Shown here: positions 38,238 through 48,555 of the stretch, in pieces | Position numbering within the stretch: position 1 is the stretch's first letter | Layout of the letters: every line of letters begins with the position of its first letter | Source of the DNA: a virus | Taxonomy: Duplodnaviria > Caudoviricetes | Reading direction: 5' to 3' (one strand) | Length of the DNA stretch: 64,000 nt | Virus record (IMG/VR): IMGVR_UViG_3300042483_000388 | Notes under the pieces: generated by a model | Told to the model about the DNA's origin: nothing | The model's database searches: none | The model's input: the letters and a program-made list of their open reading frames with translations, nothing else | Made by a program: the position numbers and the translations under genes

Positions 38238-39211
38238 GTTTAAGTATAATAATACCAACATACAATAATGTTAATTATTTGGATGAATTATTGGAGTCAA
38301 TATTGAATAATGAATCATTATATGATTACGAAGTATTGATTGGTATTGACAATTGTGAAGAAACACTAAACTATATCAAAGATAGAAATTACCCAAATAA
38401 TTTCTTTTTTTATTACTTTGTAGAAAACTACGGACCATACATAATAAAGAATACTTTAACGGAGTTATCAAATTATGAAAACATATTTTTTTTTGATTCT
38501 GATGACGTAATGTTAAAGGGATTAATAAATATTGTTTGTGAAAAATTAAATGGGTATGAATGTGTGAAACCAAAGTTTGCAAATTTTGTTGATAAAGATG
38601 GTGAGAGAGTTTTTACTGAAGGAAATAATTTATATGGTGAAGGTGTGTTTGGGATAAGAAAAACAATATTCTTGGGTATGAATGGATTTGAAGGTTGGAA
38701 ATGTGCTGCTGATTCTGATTTTATGGGAAGAATATACAAACATAAAAGAAAAATACATTTAACTCAGAATATACTTTTCTACAGAAGGATTCACGACAAT
38801 AGTTTAACTATGAGACATGATACTGGTTATAAGTCTGCGTTAAGAGGAAAGTATTTTGGTATGAGTAAACATAAAACAGATTTTGGGCCATTACCATTTT
38901 TATCTAAGGGTGATTACCAAGTAATGGATAATGAAACAAAAAATCTATCTGATTCAATTTTAACTCAGGAGAAGAATAGGATTGATACAGAACAAGAGAT
39001 TAAACAAAAGAAACATTCGTTACTTCAAAGTATCTTTGATAAGTCACCTAAGAATTTGGATGAGTTAATACAAAAGAAAAAAGAGAGGGTTATTAATTAT
39101 GAAGAAGTTAATAGATCAACAATTGTTAACTCACCAAAACCTAAAATAGTTGAGACCGCATTAAAGAAAGCAAAATTAGAAAATATTAAAAAAAATTATG
39201 GCAGAAGGTAA
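38234..39211 (+). CDS. Glycosyltransferase family 2
   Basis: IIIPTYN, FFDSDD, AADSDF; GTG start. Confidence 0.8.
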   Translation: MSLSIIIPTYNNVNYLDELLESILNNESLYDYEVLIGIDNCEETLNYIKDRNYPNNFFFYYFVENYGPYIIKNTLTELSNYENIFFFDSDDVMLKGLINIVCEKLNGYECVKPKFANFVDKDGERVFTEGNNLYGEGVFGIRKTIFLGMNGFEGWKCAADSDFMGRIYKHKRKIHLTQNILFYRRIHDNSLTMRHDTGYKSALRGKYFGMSKHKTDFGPLPFLSKGDYQVMDNETKNLSDSILTQEKNRIDTEQEIKQKKHSLLQSIFDKSPKNLDELIQKKKERVINYEEVNRSTIVNSPKPKIVETALKKAKLENIKKNYGRR

Positions 39212-39219
39212 TATTTTAT

Positions 39220-39227
39220 TATCTTTG
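39220..39227 (+). promoter_or_regulatory. TAnnTTTG element
   Basis: TATCTTTG, 4 nt before ATG39232. Confidence 0.75.
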
Positions 39228-39231
39228 TTAT

Positions 39232-39597
39232 ATGAAACACGGAAATAGAACTGGTAGATGTATTTTAGATAAAGACATGAAGTTTATCAAAAAACTTTTG
39301 AAGAAAAATCCAATTTCATTTAGTGGTAGATATCATAGAGATAATGATTGTGTTATGGAAGTTGTTGGTGTAAGAAAATACGTTGCATCGCCTTGGAGAA
39401 CAACGGATAAAACACGATTCTGTTATGAGGTGGACATTTTTGTTAAATTAAGTAATAAAAATATTCTTAATTACTCAGGTACTAAACATAAAAACAGTAG
39501 AGTTCGTAGATACATGAATGAAGAGAAATTGTTACAAGAATTAGTGTATTTTAATATAAGTGATGTCCAAATAAGTAAAATTACTTTTGAAAAATAA
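39232..39597 (+). CDS. Hypothetical basic protein
   Basis: ORF track. Confidence 0.65.
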   Translation: MKHGNRTGRCILDKDMKFIKKLLKKNPISFSGRYHRDNDCVMEVVGVRKYVASPWRTTDKTRFCYEVDIFVKLSNKNILNYSGTKHKNSRVRRYMNEEKLLQELVYFNISDVQISKITFEK

Positions 39598-39604
39598 TTC
39601 CATA

Positions 39605-39611
39605 TATTTAT
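39605..39611 (+). promoter_or_regulatory. TATTTAT motif
   Basis: 4 nt before ATG39616. Confidence 0.6.
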
Positions 39612-39615
39612 TTAT

Positions 39616-40542
39616 ATGAAATTATCTATAACAGAACACCAATATAGTATTATACGATCTCATTTAAATTACAAAAATGTAATTGAAGAGATGGTTTTTA
39701 AGGTTTCAATCTTAACTGAGAATGAAGAAAGAGAACCAGATATGGAATGGGATTTTACTGAAGTTAAAAATGATTTGGATACGTCAAAACTTTGGGTTAA
39801 AACAAAAGAAGATGTTAAAGAATATCTCCAAACCCTAAAAAATAAAATCAAAAACCTACCATCTAACACTAAAAAAAGAATAATAAAATATGTTTTATAT
39901 TCTTTTCTTGGTATTCTTACAATAAATCAAATAAACGATTTAGTTGAACCACAAGTACATAACATTGAGAATGTTGGTAAAATTATTAAGAGTGTTGGTA
40001 ATAATGAAGTGGAGGAATTAAGAGTTAGAAAATCAAGTCCGGAACTATATGAACACATGAGATATGAAGAAGGTTCCATAAGAAAAAAGGGGGAACCTGT
40101 TTTGGTGGCTTATAATCTTGGTGATGGGGCATACACTATCGGTTATGGTCACGCAATATTTAGAGGTGAAAATGAAGGGTATGAATTCCTACCTAATTAT
40201 AATAAAATAATACCAGGTAGAACTAAAATCACTAAGGATCAGGCGGAGACACTACTTAAAGACGATGTTAGTAATTCCGAAGCAATTATAAATAAAATTC
40301 TTGATAAATGGGAAACAGAAGGTATTAAAATTAAGGTTAATCAAGGAATGTATAACGCTATGGTGTCAATGGCATATAATATGGGACCTGGTATTGGAAA
40401 AAGTGATTTTATTAAAACTTTAAAGTCGGGTAACACACATTTAGCGGGAGAAGAAATATTAAAAACAAGTTCAAATATGTTTAAAAAATTCCCTGGTCTT
40501 GAACCAAGAAGAATGAGAGAATATAAAATGTTTACATCATGA
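39616..40542 (+). CDS. Leader-bearing phage lysozyme (GH24-like)
   Basis: EEG...AYNLGDGAYTIGYGH; YNAMVSMAYNMG; RRMRE. Confidence 0.8.
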   Translation: MKLSITEHQYSIIRSHLNYKNVIEEMVFKVSILTENEEREPDMEWDFTEVKNDLDTSKLWVKTKEDVKEYLQTLKNKIKNLPSNTKKRIIKYVLYSFLGILTINQINDLVEPQVHNIENVGKIIKSVGNNEVEELRVRKSSPELYEHMRYEEGSIRKKGEPVLVAYNLGDGAYTIGYGHAIFRGENEGYEFLPNYNKIIPGRTKITKDQAETLLKDDVSNSEAIINKILDKWETEGIKIKVNQGMYNAMVSMAYNMGPGIGKSDFIKTLKSGNTHLAGEEILKTSSNMFKKFPGLEPRRMREYKMFTS

Positions 40543-41219
40543 ATATAGAAAAAATATTTAAATTATTTAAGCACTTTATTGGTGGAGATACTATTGATAT
40601 TGAAGGTCTAAAACTCACACCAACAACTATTGAAAAAGGAGAAATAGGTCGTCAACAAAATGGTTATTTGGTTAATTTTGAGTTATCAAATCCAAAAGAC
40701 ATCTCTTATTTTACGCCAATAGTTAAAGATGAACTATCTATAATTACCGACGAGTTTAGAGAATATACCAATCAGAAGTTATATATTGGACTTTATAATA
40801 ACGTTAAAAGAGGTTTATATTTAAATGAGGAATTAAAAAGTAAAATCCAAAAAGTATTTGATGACCTACCTTATATATCTTTTATGATGTCTATGCATGT
40901 TGCTACCTCAAGATACGTTGTACCGGTTGAATATAAGATATATGGTGTTTCTGAGGGAATTACTTATAATTGGGAAGAAGATAATTATTGGATTAGAAAT
41001 AATTTTAAACCATTAAAGGCTACTCGTGATGGTGAGTTTGTTGATATTGGGGAAGTTATTAATTCATATATGGATTTTTTAGAAAACAAAGAAATATATT
41101 GGGAAACTGATAACCTATATTCTAAAATTGATTCTATCATAGTTACAGAAAAATATCCACTTCTTAGTCAAGATTATGTTGCAACTTATTATGATACCAA
41201 GTTTCTTTATAAATTTTAA
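40539..41219 (+). CDS. Hypothetical protein
   Basis: ORF track. Confidence 0.65.
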   Translation: MNIEKIFKLFKHFIGGDTIDIEGLKLTPTTIEKGEIGRQQNGYLVNFELSNPKDISYFTPIVKDELSIITDEFREYTNQKLYIGLYNNVKRGLYLNEELKSKIQKVFDDLPYISFMMSMHVATSRYVVPVEYKIYGVSEGITYNWEEDNYWIRNNFKPLKATRDGEFVDIGEVINSYMDFLENKEIYWETDNLYSKIDSIIVTEKYPLLSQDYVATYYDTKFLYKF

Positions 41220-41246
41220 ATCTACCCAAAAGGTAGATTTTTTTTT
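41218..41246 (+). terminator. Rho-independent terminator
   Basis: AAATCTACC-CAAAA-GGTAGATTT plus T-run. Confidence 0.8.
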
Positions 41247-41252
41247 AGGTAG

Positions 41253-41259
41253 TATTTAT
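41253..41259 (+). promoter_or_regulatory. TATTTAT motif
   Basis: 5 nt before ATG41265. Confidence 0.6.
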
Positions 41260-41264
41260 ATGTT

Positions 41265-42854
41265 ATGAGGAGTTTAATTAAGAGTATATTAAGAGAAGAA
41301 AGAAGAAGAATTATTTCTGAGTCAGGAATTAGAAATATAAAATCTTTATCAAAAAGATACCCAATGGCAAAAATTTATTTCCATCAAGATTTGGATGGGG
41401 TTACAACTGCACTGGCAATGAAAAGTTATTTGGAACAAAATAACATTAAAGTTGTTGACGCTGAAATAATCCAATATGGGGATAAAGAATTTTCAATTAA
41501 GAAAACAGATGCCGAGGGAGACATAATGCCTGTCCTTGTTGATTTTGCTCATGGTAAGCCAATGTTTGTTATTCATACAGATCACCACGACACTCAAGCT
41601 GGTGTGGAACAAGGGACATCCACAAGTTTTAAACCCTCAAGATCAAATGTTGAAACAATATCACAAACAATATCAACTAAAGACATTTTTCCCAAAGAAG
41701 ATATTGATTTAATCTCAATGGTGGATTCAGCTGATTATGCAAGTAATGATATTACACCTGAAGAAGTTATGAATTATCTATTCAAGTTTGATAGGGATAG
41801 GTCAGTTGATAAAAACAAAAAAATCTTAGGTTTGATTACAAACAAACTTCTTTTGGCGTTTAAAAACAAACCAAATTTTTTAAGGGATATTGTTATGAAT
41901 GCACAACCATCGTTAATGAGTATTTTGTTGAATATTAAGGATCAAATGAAATCAAAGGGATATGCATCTATTGAAGATTTGGATAAAAACAAAGAGGATT
42001 ATGTAACAACAATGAAAACCAATCCCAATGTTGATGTTCAGGATAAAGTTATTGTTCAATATGGTGGTGGTAGCATGTTTAAACCTGGATCTTATGATAG
42101 GTATACACCATTTAGGAACAATCCAGATGCTGACTTTATTGTTCTTGCTTGGCCGATGGGAATGGTTCAGGCATCTTGTAATCCATTTAAGAAAGAAAGG
42201 GCTCTTAAAGGTATAAACTTAGGTGAAATAAAAGATGAGGTTTTAAGTAAGTGGGAAAGTCAATTAAAAGGGAAGACAATTTCTTTATCAACAATTAAAT
42301 GGGTATCTGAGTCAGGGAAAGATTTTGGTGGTGAGTCAGTTGGATTTACGTTCAAGGATTTTATGGCATTATATGGTAATAAATTTGATAAATCAAAATC
42401 AAGTGATAAAACGTTGTCATTTATTGGGGCGGCAATGGAGAAACCATTTAAAGACTTATCCAACGAAGAGATGGATATTTTGGATTCAATACAGGTTAGT
42501 ACTTGGGATTTAATTAAAGCAAATAGTGGTGGACACAAATGTATAACCAACATTTCAGGATTAAATTACTTGGGTCGAAGTAATAGACCACCACAAGGAA
42601 AATACAAATATGACCAAAATGGTGAAGATCCGGCATATCTTAAGTTTACAAAAATGGTCCAAAAAGAATTTGCTAGACTTCTTAAAGAAAAAATTGCTCA
42701 ATCTGGTAATGACAGATATGAACCTGATTTCGAAGTAGAAATGAACGAATATGGTAGGTCTTTAAAAAATGCGAGAAGACAGGGACAAGGACTAAGATTC
42801 CCAAAGTCAGCGATAAGGTCAAACCCAATGAGATTCAGACCGAGTAATAGATAA
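41265..42854 (+). CDS. Leader-bearing DHH-family phosphoesterase
   Basis: MRSLIKSILREE; HQDLDG, VDF, TDHH, VDSAD, GGH. Confidence 0.7.
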   Translation: MRSLIKSILREERRRIISESGIRNIKSLSKRYPMAKIYFHQDLDGVTTALAMKSYLEQNNIKVVDAEIIQYGDKEFSIKKTDAEGDIMPVLVDFAHGKPMFVIHTDHHDTQAGVEQGTSTSFKPSRSNVETISQTISTKDIFPKEDIDLISMVDSADYASNDITPEEVMNYLFKFDRDRSVDKNKKILGLITNKLLLAFKNKPNFLRDIVMNAQPSLMSILLNIKDQMKSKGYASIEDLDKNKEDYVTTMKTNPNVDVQDKVIVQYGGGSMFKPGSYDRYTPFRNNPDADFIVLAWPMGMVQASCNPFKKERALKGINLGEIKDEVLSKWESQLKGKTISLSTIKWVSESGKDFGGESVGFTFKDFMALYGNKFDKSKSSDKTLSFIGAAMEKPFKDLSNEEMDILDSIQVSTWDLIKANSGGHKCITNISGLNYLGRSNRPPQGKYKYDQNGEDPAYLKFTKMVQKEFARLLKEKIAQSGNDRYEPDFEVEMNEYGRSLKNARRQGQGLRFPKSAIRSNPMRFRPSNR

Positions 42855-42917
42855 CATATTATTATAGTGGAAATGAAAGATTTAACTATTCTATTTAAAA
42901 AACATCAAACATACATA

Positions 42918-42924
42918 TATTTAT
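42918..42924 (+). promoter_or_regulatory. TATTTAT motif
   Basis: 7 nt before ATG42932. Confidence 0.55.
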
Positions 42925-42931
42925 TTGTAAC

Positions 42932-44443
42932 ATGAATCAACTACTAGAAGAAATATCAAGAATTAAATCAATGATGGGACTAATTAAGGAACAAAAAATT
43001 AGTTTACCTATTAAAATTGGCACGACTTGGAGTGCAGGGAAAAAAGATGCGGATCTCCTTCATTCATTTGAGAGAAGAAGATCTGACAAAAAAGGAGCCC
43101 TCATTGGAAGTCAAATTGAGGAAAAACTAAAAGAGGTATATGATGCCGGTATAAATCCTGATGTTGTTGAAATCACAATTAAAGTTGACTCTAAGGCTTA
43201 TACTGTTACATGGACAGCAACCATTGATGAGAGTACAGATGGTAAAGCCTACATGGGTGTGTCAACTAGAGGATCCGCTGGTGGTGGATCGGATGAAAGA
43301 GCATTAGCTCAAGTAGGACCTTTAAAACGACAATTAACTTCAAAAGGTGCTGAAGACATAACACAAATTTTAGACTTTGATAACCCAACAGGTGTTCCAA
43401 TAAGACAATATTTCTTTAAATATACAATGCCTCGTAAATACCCACCACATCCATCAGGGTCGTCAAATTACACTAGAACAGAAAAACCAAAAGAAATTGG
43501 GAGCACATATAATCCTACCCCAACGGTAGATGCGGGATCTTCCGATTCTACTATTCCATCGACAATTGGGAAATATTCGGAGTGTTCTAAAGGTAATTTT
43601 AATAAATGGTGTAAAGATCCTGGAACATCCGTAGGAAGTCCAAACACTGAAGGCAATATATATAAGGTTCAAGGGTGTGTTGGAGCTAAACAAGATGGTT
43701 ATTTTGGGAATAAAACGGAAGCTGCATTAGAAGAAAAAACAGGTAAAAAAGATTTTAAAGATAGTGACATATCGACAATATGTAAAGATGTTAAAGTTAA
43801 AGATGGTGATGTTAAAGTGGTTAGTACTAACAATACGGCTGGAGGGACTTCTAATTTTGACTCAATCACAAAAACCGTTATTGATAAATTAGAGGGTGGG
43901 TATTGGAACGGATCTACAACAAAAAATGAAAGTACGACTAAAATGGGAATTTGTAAAAATCACCCAAAAGGAAGTATGGGAGCATCAACAGAAACCATGT
44001 TTGGTTTGGATAGGTATAATGGTAATATTGAATCAACCCCTGAAGGTAAGGAATTTTTTAGGATTATTGACGAAGAAAAACAAAAATTAGGAATGGATGG
44101 TTTTTGTCAAAAATGGAAGTGGTTATACAAGGGTGGAGATAAAGAGGAGATATTAAAAGATTTGGTTGTTAAAAACAGGAAAGCATCTTTTGATAGAAAT
44201 ATGTCTAAATATGTGAATGCGGAAACAAAACAAAAAGTAGAGTCAATACCGGGGTTAACACTTCATATGTCATACGCTACTTGGAATGGACCAGGATTCT
44301 TTAAAAAGTTTGCTAAAAGTTTAGAGTCTAAAATTAAAACTGGTGCGTCGGACAAAGAACTAATTGATCTTGCAATTAACGATAGATCCAAAACTGGTTT
44401 AGCAAATAAAGATAAGACTGAAGCCGCAATTAGAGCAGCATAA
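42932..44443 (+). CDS. Leader-bearing multidomain protein with PG-binding-like and GH108-like lysozyme regions
   Basis: MNQLLEEISRIKSMMGLIKE; VQGCVGAKQDGYFGNKT; IDKLEGGY...ETMFGLD. Confidence 0.6.
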   Translation: MNQLLEEISRIKSMMGLIKEQKISLPIKIGTTWSAGKKDADLLHSFERRRSDKKGALIGSQIEEKLKEVYDAGINPDVVEITIKVDSKAYTVTWTATIDESTDGKAYMGVSTRGSAGGGSDERALAQVGPLKRQLTSKGAEDITQILDFDNPTGVPIRQYFFKYTMPRKYPPHPSGSSNYTRTEKPKEIGSTYNPTPTVDAGSSDSTIPSTIGKYSECSKGNFNKWCKDPGTSVGSPNTEGNIYKVQGCVGAKQDGYFGNKTEAALEEKTGKKDFKDSDISTICKDVKVKDGDVKVVSTNNTAGGTSNFDSITKTVIDKLEGGYWNGSTTKNESTTKMGICKNHPKGSMGASTETMFGLDRYNGNIESTPEGKEFFRIIDEEKQKLGMDGFCQKWKWLYKGGDKEEILKDLVVKNRKASFDRNMSKYVNAETKQKVESIPGLTLHMSYATWNGPGFFKKFAKSLESKIKTGASDKELIDLAINDRSKTGLANKDKTEAAIRAA

Positions 44444-44446
44444 TTA

Positions 44447-44740
44447 CTACATATTCTTTAATACCATCTCCAAACTATAGATTGATTCTTTATCTTGCTT
44501 TGTCTTAATTGTCTTATTTTTAAGATAAGTTAATGAGTTAATGATTTCTTGTTTTTTATTGGGAACCCTTGGAGTTTCAACCACGGAAGGATTTGCATAT
44601 TCAAATTTTTGGTTTATAGGTGAGAAATCAAACATATTTGTTGTTTTTTCTGGGTGATATATCATTTGATATATTTTAGCTGCGGTTGTAGCATCCTTAG
44701 TGGTTTGATATATAAAGTAATATGCTAATAATTTTTTCAT
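44447..44740 (-). CDS. Hypothetical protein
   Basis: Start moved to ATG44740; TATCTTTA variant 4 nt upstream. Confidence 0.55.
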   Translation of the reverse strand: MKKLLAYYFIYQTTKDATTAAKIYQMIYHPEKTTNMFDFSPINQKFEYANPSVVETPRVPNKKQEIINSLTYLKNKTIKTKQDKESIYSLEMVLKNM

Positions 44741-44784
44741 AACATAAAGATACAAATTATATCACACATAACTATCTTTAAGGA

Positions 44785-44791
44785 TATTTAT
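44785..44791 (+). promoter_or_regulatory. TATTTAT motif
   Basis: 5 nt before ATG44797. Confidence 0.6.
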
Positions 44792-44796
44792 TTATA

Positions 44797-45444
44797 ATGA
44801 AACACCTAATTAGAAAAATATTGAAAGAGGAGGTAAATAAGAAATACCCAAAACCAACACCAAATGTTGAAAAACTAATATATAATTGGTTAAATAACTA
44901 TTTTTCAGGATCTAAAATGTATCAAATGAAGGACTATGCGTTTAGCTATACTTTTGAATGGTGTAATAATGGTATGGAAATAGCTCAAGCTGTTATAGAT
45001 TTTAACCACGATCACGATGCTTGGAATGACAACAGAAAAACAAGTGAACGAAATTTTGAATCAGGAGAATTTTCAATACCTGAAGATATTATAGATGATT
45101 TGCAAAGTGATATACCGGTAAGAAGAAACTATTTAAGATATATTGTAGAAGAATGGTTTGAAGATACATTGTTAGAAAAAATCAAAAGTGGATTGGGAAG
45201 AAATGACATATCAATTGATAGTTTTTCTGAACACCCTAAAAAGTCTCAAGTTTGTGTTCCTCCTGTTTCAAAACCTGAAGGGGTTACAGATGATGAAATG
45301 ATTGATTTTATTGTCAAAAATACTTTATTTAGAAGAGATGAGTTAGAAAAAAGAATTGTAGATGAACGTGAATGGTTGGAAAAATTATATACAGATAAAC
45401 TGCGTAGCTCAGAAGTGGATAGAGTAAGAGGAAGTAGATGGTAA
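44797..45444 (+). CDS. Leader-bearing hypothetical protein
   Basis: MKHLIRKILKEE. Confidence 0.7.
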   Translation: MKHLIRKILKEEVNKKYPKPTPNVEKLIYNWLNNYFSGSKMYQMKDYAFSYTFEWCNNGMEIAQAVIDFNHDHDAWNDNRKTSERNFESGEFSIPEDIIDDLQSDIPVRRNYLRYIVEEWFEDTLLEKIKSGLGRNDISIDSFSEHPKKSQVCVPPVSKPEGVTDDEMIDFIVKNTLFRRDELEKRIVDEREWLEKLYTDKLRSSEVDRVRGSRW

Positions 45445-45890
45445 TGAGAAAACTTATTAAACACATATTAAAAGAAGAAGTATCTAAACAACAAATAGAT
45501 AAGGGTATTGATATTGTTATTAACGGATTAAAAAAAGAATTTCCATTTGTTGTTGGTTGGAAATTACATGACAATTATGATGAATATATGACAAGTATTT
45601 ATATTGATTTAGTTGTTGAATATGAAAAGGTAAAAGAATTCTATGGTTTGGAAAAAAAACGGATTTATAACATTGAACGTATTAAAAACAAACAAGTGGC
45701 ATTTGTTCTTACCCCATTTGAATATGAAGGTGAATATGATGCGTATATAGAATCGCAGAAATTAGGTGAATATGTGTTTGAGATGTATGATCATATACCT
45801 GACCAATTAAAATTAAAAGAGAGTCGCAGATATGGTTCTGTAAAAGATTACTATAAAGGATTAAAAGTTGATGATTTTATTTTTGTTTAA
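45444..45890 (+). CDS. Leader-bearing hypothetical protein
   Basis: MRKLIKHILKEE; TAATG coupling. Confidence 0.7.
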   Translation: MRKLIKHILKEEVSKQQIDKGIDIVINGLKKEFPFVVGWKLHDNYDEYMTSIYIDLVVEYEKVKEFYGLEKKRIYNIERIKNKQVAFVLTPFEYEGEYDAYIESQKLGEYVFEMYDHIPDQLKLKESRRYGSVKDYYKGLKVDDFIFV

Positions 45891-46213
45891 TGAGAAAACT
45901 AATTAGATACATATTGAAAGAAGAAACAGAAGAAATTGACCAAAAGGTTATGAATTTTCTTGTGCGAAGATATAAAGTTGAAGAAATAAATATTGATGAC
46001 AATATTAGACTTAAAAGGATTCATTTCAAAGTAGATGATGATTATTATAATATTGGAACTTTTGATAATAAAAAAAGACAAGTAAGATTGATTTTGAATA
46101 TGTTAGAAGATAATAATGTTACAGAACCAATTGATAATTTTTCAAATGAAAACAACCCATATAGACAAAAAGTTATTAGAACAATTAAAAAGTTTTTATC
46201 CCAAGTAATGTAA
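45890..46213 (+). CDS. Leader-bearing hypothetical protein
   Basis: MRKLIRYILKEE. Confidence 0.7.
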   Translation: MRKLIRYILKEETEEIDQKVMNFLVRRYKVEEINIDDNIRLKRIHFKVDDDYYNIGTFDNKKRQVRLILNMLEDNNVTEPIDNFSNENNPYRQKVIRTIKKFLSQVM

Positions 46214-46647
46214 TGAAAGAGTTAATTAGACACATATTAAAAGAAGAAGAAAATGAAAACCTAAAAGAAAGGTTTGTTAGATCCGCCCAATCCATTCCTT
46301 ATATTATTGAAAGTAATGTGGACTCAAATCTTTTTACAAATGTAGAAATTGAGAATGTTTATTATAGTGACATAAGTAACGAAATTAGTGGTATGTTATT
46401 AATTACATCTTGGTGTGAAGATCCTGACCTTCTTTCGTTTACAAACCAACTGAAATTAGTTGATAAAGAATTGGGAGCAGTTTTACTTAATTATTCATTT
46501 ACAAGTAACGGTTCTTTTGGGAAAAAGAAAGGTAAATATAATAACTTGATGTGGTGGTTTATTGGTTGTGAATGGAGTGCGGGAGGTGATGATACAATGA
46601 AAATGAAATACGAATTTACACAAGAAGAATTTGACGATGGTGAATAA
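46213..46647 (+). CDS. Leader-bearing hypothetical protein
   Basis: MKELIRHILKEE. Confidence 0.7.
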   Translation: MKELIRHILKEEENENLKERFVRSAQSIPYIIESNVDSNLFTNVEIENVYYSDISNEISGMLLITSWCEDPDLLSFTNQLKLVDKELGAVLLNYSFTSNGSFGKKKGKYNNLMWWFIGCEWSAGGDDTMKMKYEFTQEEFDDGE

Positions 46648-48529
46648 AGATTTAATTAGACATATCTTAAAAGAGGAAACTCGTGACACCAAATCAGAAT
46701 TAATTAGACAAATTAAAGATGAGGGGTTGTATTCTGTTGCCGAATTAGTTGGGGGATTAGACAACCTAAAGAAGATACTAAAAGATAACCCATCAATGGT
46801 TGAAAGAATTGAAAACCAAAAAGGGTTAGTTAAAGTGTCTTGGACAACGGATGGGGACGATCCATCAATTGTTTTACCATTTAAAATTATTGGTGCAGGG
46901 TGGAATATATGGATGACTAATAGTTGGCCAATAGTTAATATTATTTATAATGAAAATAAATTAACTAAAGATGAGAATTATAAATTTAAAGATTTTTTAT
47001 ATGATTCTTTTAATGATGAAAGTTCAGTAAGAGTTATTAAACTTAATAGTGATGAACCTAGAATGCATAAAACCTATGTTCAGTTGGGGGAAATAAATGG
47101 TAAAACTGCACAAAAAAATACAACCGATTTAAGTCGTAGTTATGATCTGTCTGATATTCGGGAAATAGTAGAAACGTTAGGTGATGATAATATGCTAAAA
47201 GAGGGGGTAGATAACACTAAAGAAAATCAAAAAAATTTAAGAACAATTGACAAATCTGAAAACAAAAAACTTAAGTTGGTTAAGAATATTATATATGACA
47301 TGTTTGATACTGTTATTGATTTAGAATACGACTCTAAAATAAATGAGATTATGGTTTACCATAATAAAAAAGAAAAGTTAGAGATTTCAGAAATATGTGA
47401 TACTATAAATAATTTTACCAATTTAAATGTTGTTCCCTGGTTTGAGTATGATAAAAATAGAATTGGAAAGGAACCTGATTTTTATTTAGATGTTGATGAC
47501 TATGATGAAGCAATAAATGAAAATTATAGTCCTGCCGGCAAAGAAATAACTCCAAACAAAATTGTTATACATAAATCCAATCCAAAGTTTAGAGATAGAA
47601 TATCAAATGAAGGGTTAAAAGCAAGTGCTGGTGAATGTTATAAAATATACGCAGGGTATGGTGAAAAATGTATTCCAGCAATATTTGCCACTAACTCAAC
47701 AAATAAAAGGGCTTGGTTTGACTCAACATACGACGATGATGTATGGGAAATCAATACTGAAATGATACCTAATGTTAAGTGGTATAAAGATAGACATTTT
47801 GAATCAACTAAGAAACATATAGTTACGTTTGATAACATACCATCAGAAGCAATAGAATTAATGAGTGAAGGTACTGGAAGAGATATAGTAAGAGAATCAA
47901 GTGAAAACAAAGACATGGACAATGACATAGAAAAAAACTTAAAGGTGATTAGAATGTTATTAAAACAGGTTAATTGGGAAGGACTTTGTAATATATGGGT
48001 AGAATATAATCCTGTTGATAAGGATTATGAAATCAGGTCTAAGTCAATGCGAAGAGATTATTATCTTCCACAAAATGTGGTTGACGAAATTTTTAAAGAA
48101 TTAAATTTTATAGAAGAATCAATAAAAGCTATGGGTCTCAGACCTTATATATTTTCAGCATCGTATGTTGAAAATTGTGAAGATGAGGTTGAGTTTATGA
48201 ATGAAAGTATAAATAAAAGTGATGAGAAAAGAAACAAGATAATAGAAAAAATTATGGACAACATTATTTTTCCTGAATATAATCATATAATTTGTGGTTA
48301 TGATGTAAAAAATGATGAGGTTTTTAATGAACCTGTGGTTAATGTTACTTTTATTGGTGGGTATGGAACAAAACTTTGGCCTACCACACAAGGAATTCAA
48401 AAAATGTATAGTGATGTTTTAGATGAAATTTGGAATGTTATTTACGATTACATTAATATTCCAGTTGGGGTTACTATGAAAACAACACCCAAATGTGATG
48501 AACAAGAAAATATTTATCTTAGAAAATAA
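46637..48529 (+). CDS. Leader-bearing polyprotein-like ORF of about five modules
   Basis: DLIRHILKEE leader; internal MLKEG, AINEN, IVRES, FMNES boundaries. Confidence 0.7.
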   Translation: MVNKDLIRHILKEETRDTKSELIRQIKDEGLYSVAELVGGLDNLKKILKDNPSMVERIENQKGLVKVSWTTDGDDPSIVLPFKIIGAGWNIWMTNSWPIVNIIYNENKLTKDENYKFKDFLYDSFNDESSVRVIKLNSDEPRMHKTYVQLGEINGKTAQKNTTDLSRSYDLSDIREIVETLGDDNMLKEGVDNTKENQKNLRTIDKSENKKLKLVKNIIYDMFDTVIDLEYDSKINEIMVYHNKKEKLEISEICDTINNFTNLNVVPWFEYDKNRIGKEPDFYLDVDDYDEAINENYSPAGKEITPNKIVIHKSNPKFRDRISNEGLKASAGECYKIYAGYGEKCIPAIFATNSTNKRAWFDSTYDDDVWEINTEMIPNVKWYKDRHFESTKKHIVTFDNIPSEAIELMSEGTGRDIVRESSENKDMDNDIEKNLKVIRMLLKQVNWEGLCNIWVEYNPVDKDYEIRSKSMRRDYYLPQNVVDEIFKELNFIEESIKAMGLRPYIFSASYVENCEDEVEFMNESINKSDEKRNKIIEKIMDNIIFPEYNHIICGYDVKNDEVFNEPVVNVTFIGGYGTKLWPTTQGIQKMYSDVLDEIWNVIYDYINIPVGVTMKTTPKCDEQENIYLRK

Positions 48530-48555
48530 ATTGACAAATCTGAAAACAAATTATT

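Noticed and set aside
48531-48536. TTGACA as a sigma70 -35 box
   Set aside because: It is part of the duplicated coding fragment IDKSENK, also at 47247 and 55838, and there is no correctly spaced TATAAT.
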